From a virus: a DNA stretch of 64,000 nucleotides. The DNA lies in the IMG/VR virus record IMGVR_UViG_3300042987_002978, positions 40,852-104,851 of that record; one strand, given 5' to 3'. Below, in pieces: positions 63,760 through 64,000 of the stretch. Both the position numbers and the translations under genes were made by a program. Position 1 is the stretch's first letter. Each line of letters starts with the position of its first letter. The notes under the pieces were generated by a model. It was given only the letters and a program-made list of their open reading frames with translations, searched no databases and was not told where the DNA came from.

Positions 63760-64000
63760 CCCCCGTTGCTCCCGGCTCCTGGCCCAAAAAATGGTGTTCC
63801 AGAATATTCGGATTTATTTAGCGAACGGCCGTTCCCTTGGACCCGCCCGCGGGCCCCGGGGCACGCCGTCCCCCTACGGCAAAACGCGCGGCCGCTCTCC
63901 TAGGGCGCCTTTCTCCGCGGCCTCGCCCTCCGCTTTTCGGGTTTTTTGAAAAAAAACGCAGAAAAAATTTCTCATCCCGCCCGCGGCCCGCCTCGCCCGC

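Noticed and set aside
1-64000. Stop-codon reassignment, introns, integrase or IS elements
   Set aside because: Core genes are intact under the standard code and end with all three stops. No recombinase, transposase or split gene was seen.

Overview
This window is 64 kb of a large siphovirus genome. The host is most likely a freshwater actinobacterium: it carries WhiB, an actinobacterial-type SSB, TANNNT-N6/7-ATG leaderless starts and Thr-rich secreted proteins. Nearly all genes are on the minus strand. Read in the direction of transcription, the order is: a compositionally distinct, restriction-motif-free early/terminal segment (62.0-63.7 kb); tRNA-Thr and small genes; whiB; terS/terL/HNH; a lytic transglycosylase; an unusual D-arm-rearranged tRNA(UAU); a subtilase; class II RNR; MazG; a nuclease/SSB operon; portal; a multidomain prohead protease; HK97-fold capsid; head-tail genes; a ~15 kb modular fibre/adhesin cluster; a modification-enzyme cluster (3 2OG-Fe(II) oxygenases, a carbamoyltransferase, 2 glycosyltransferases); a mucin-like C-type lectin surface protein; a HARP-SNF2 helicase; lysis genes; major tail protein; a frameshifted tail chaperone; and the tape measure gene (truncated by the window edge). 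Best candidates for new biology: (1) a branched plug-and-socket fibre system with matched docking motifs and six interchangeable tips, next to enzymes that may modify it; (2) a prohead-protease polyprotein whose Lys-delimited domains include a HiPIP-like Cys cluster; (3) a tRNA-like gene with its D-loop apparently moved 3' of the anticodon arm; (4) DnaA/LexA boxes and a motif-purged leader DNA. All family assignments come from motif recognition by eye. No searches were run.
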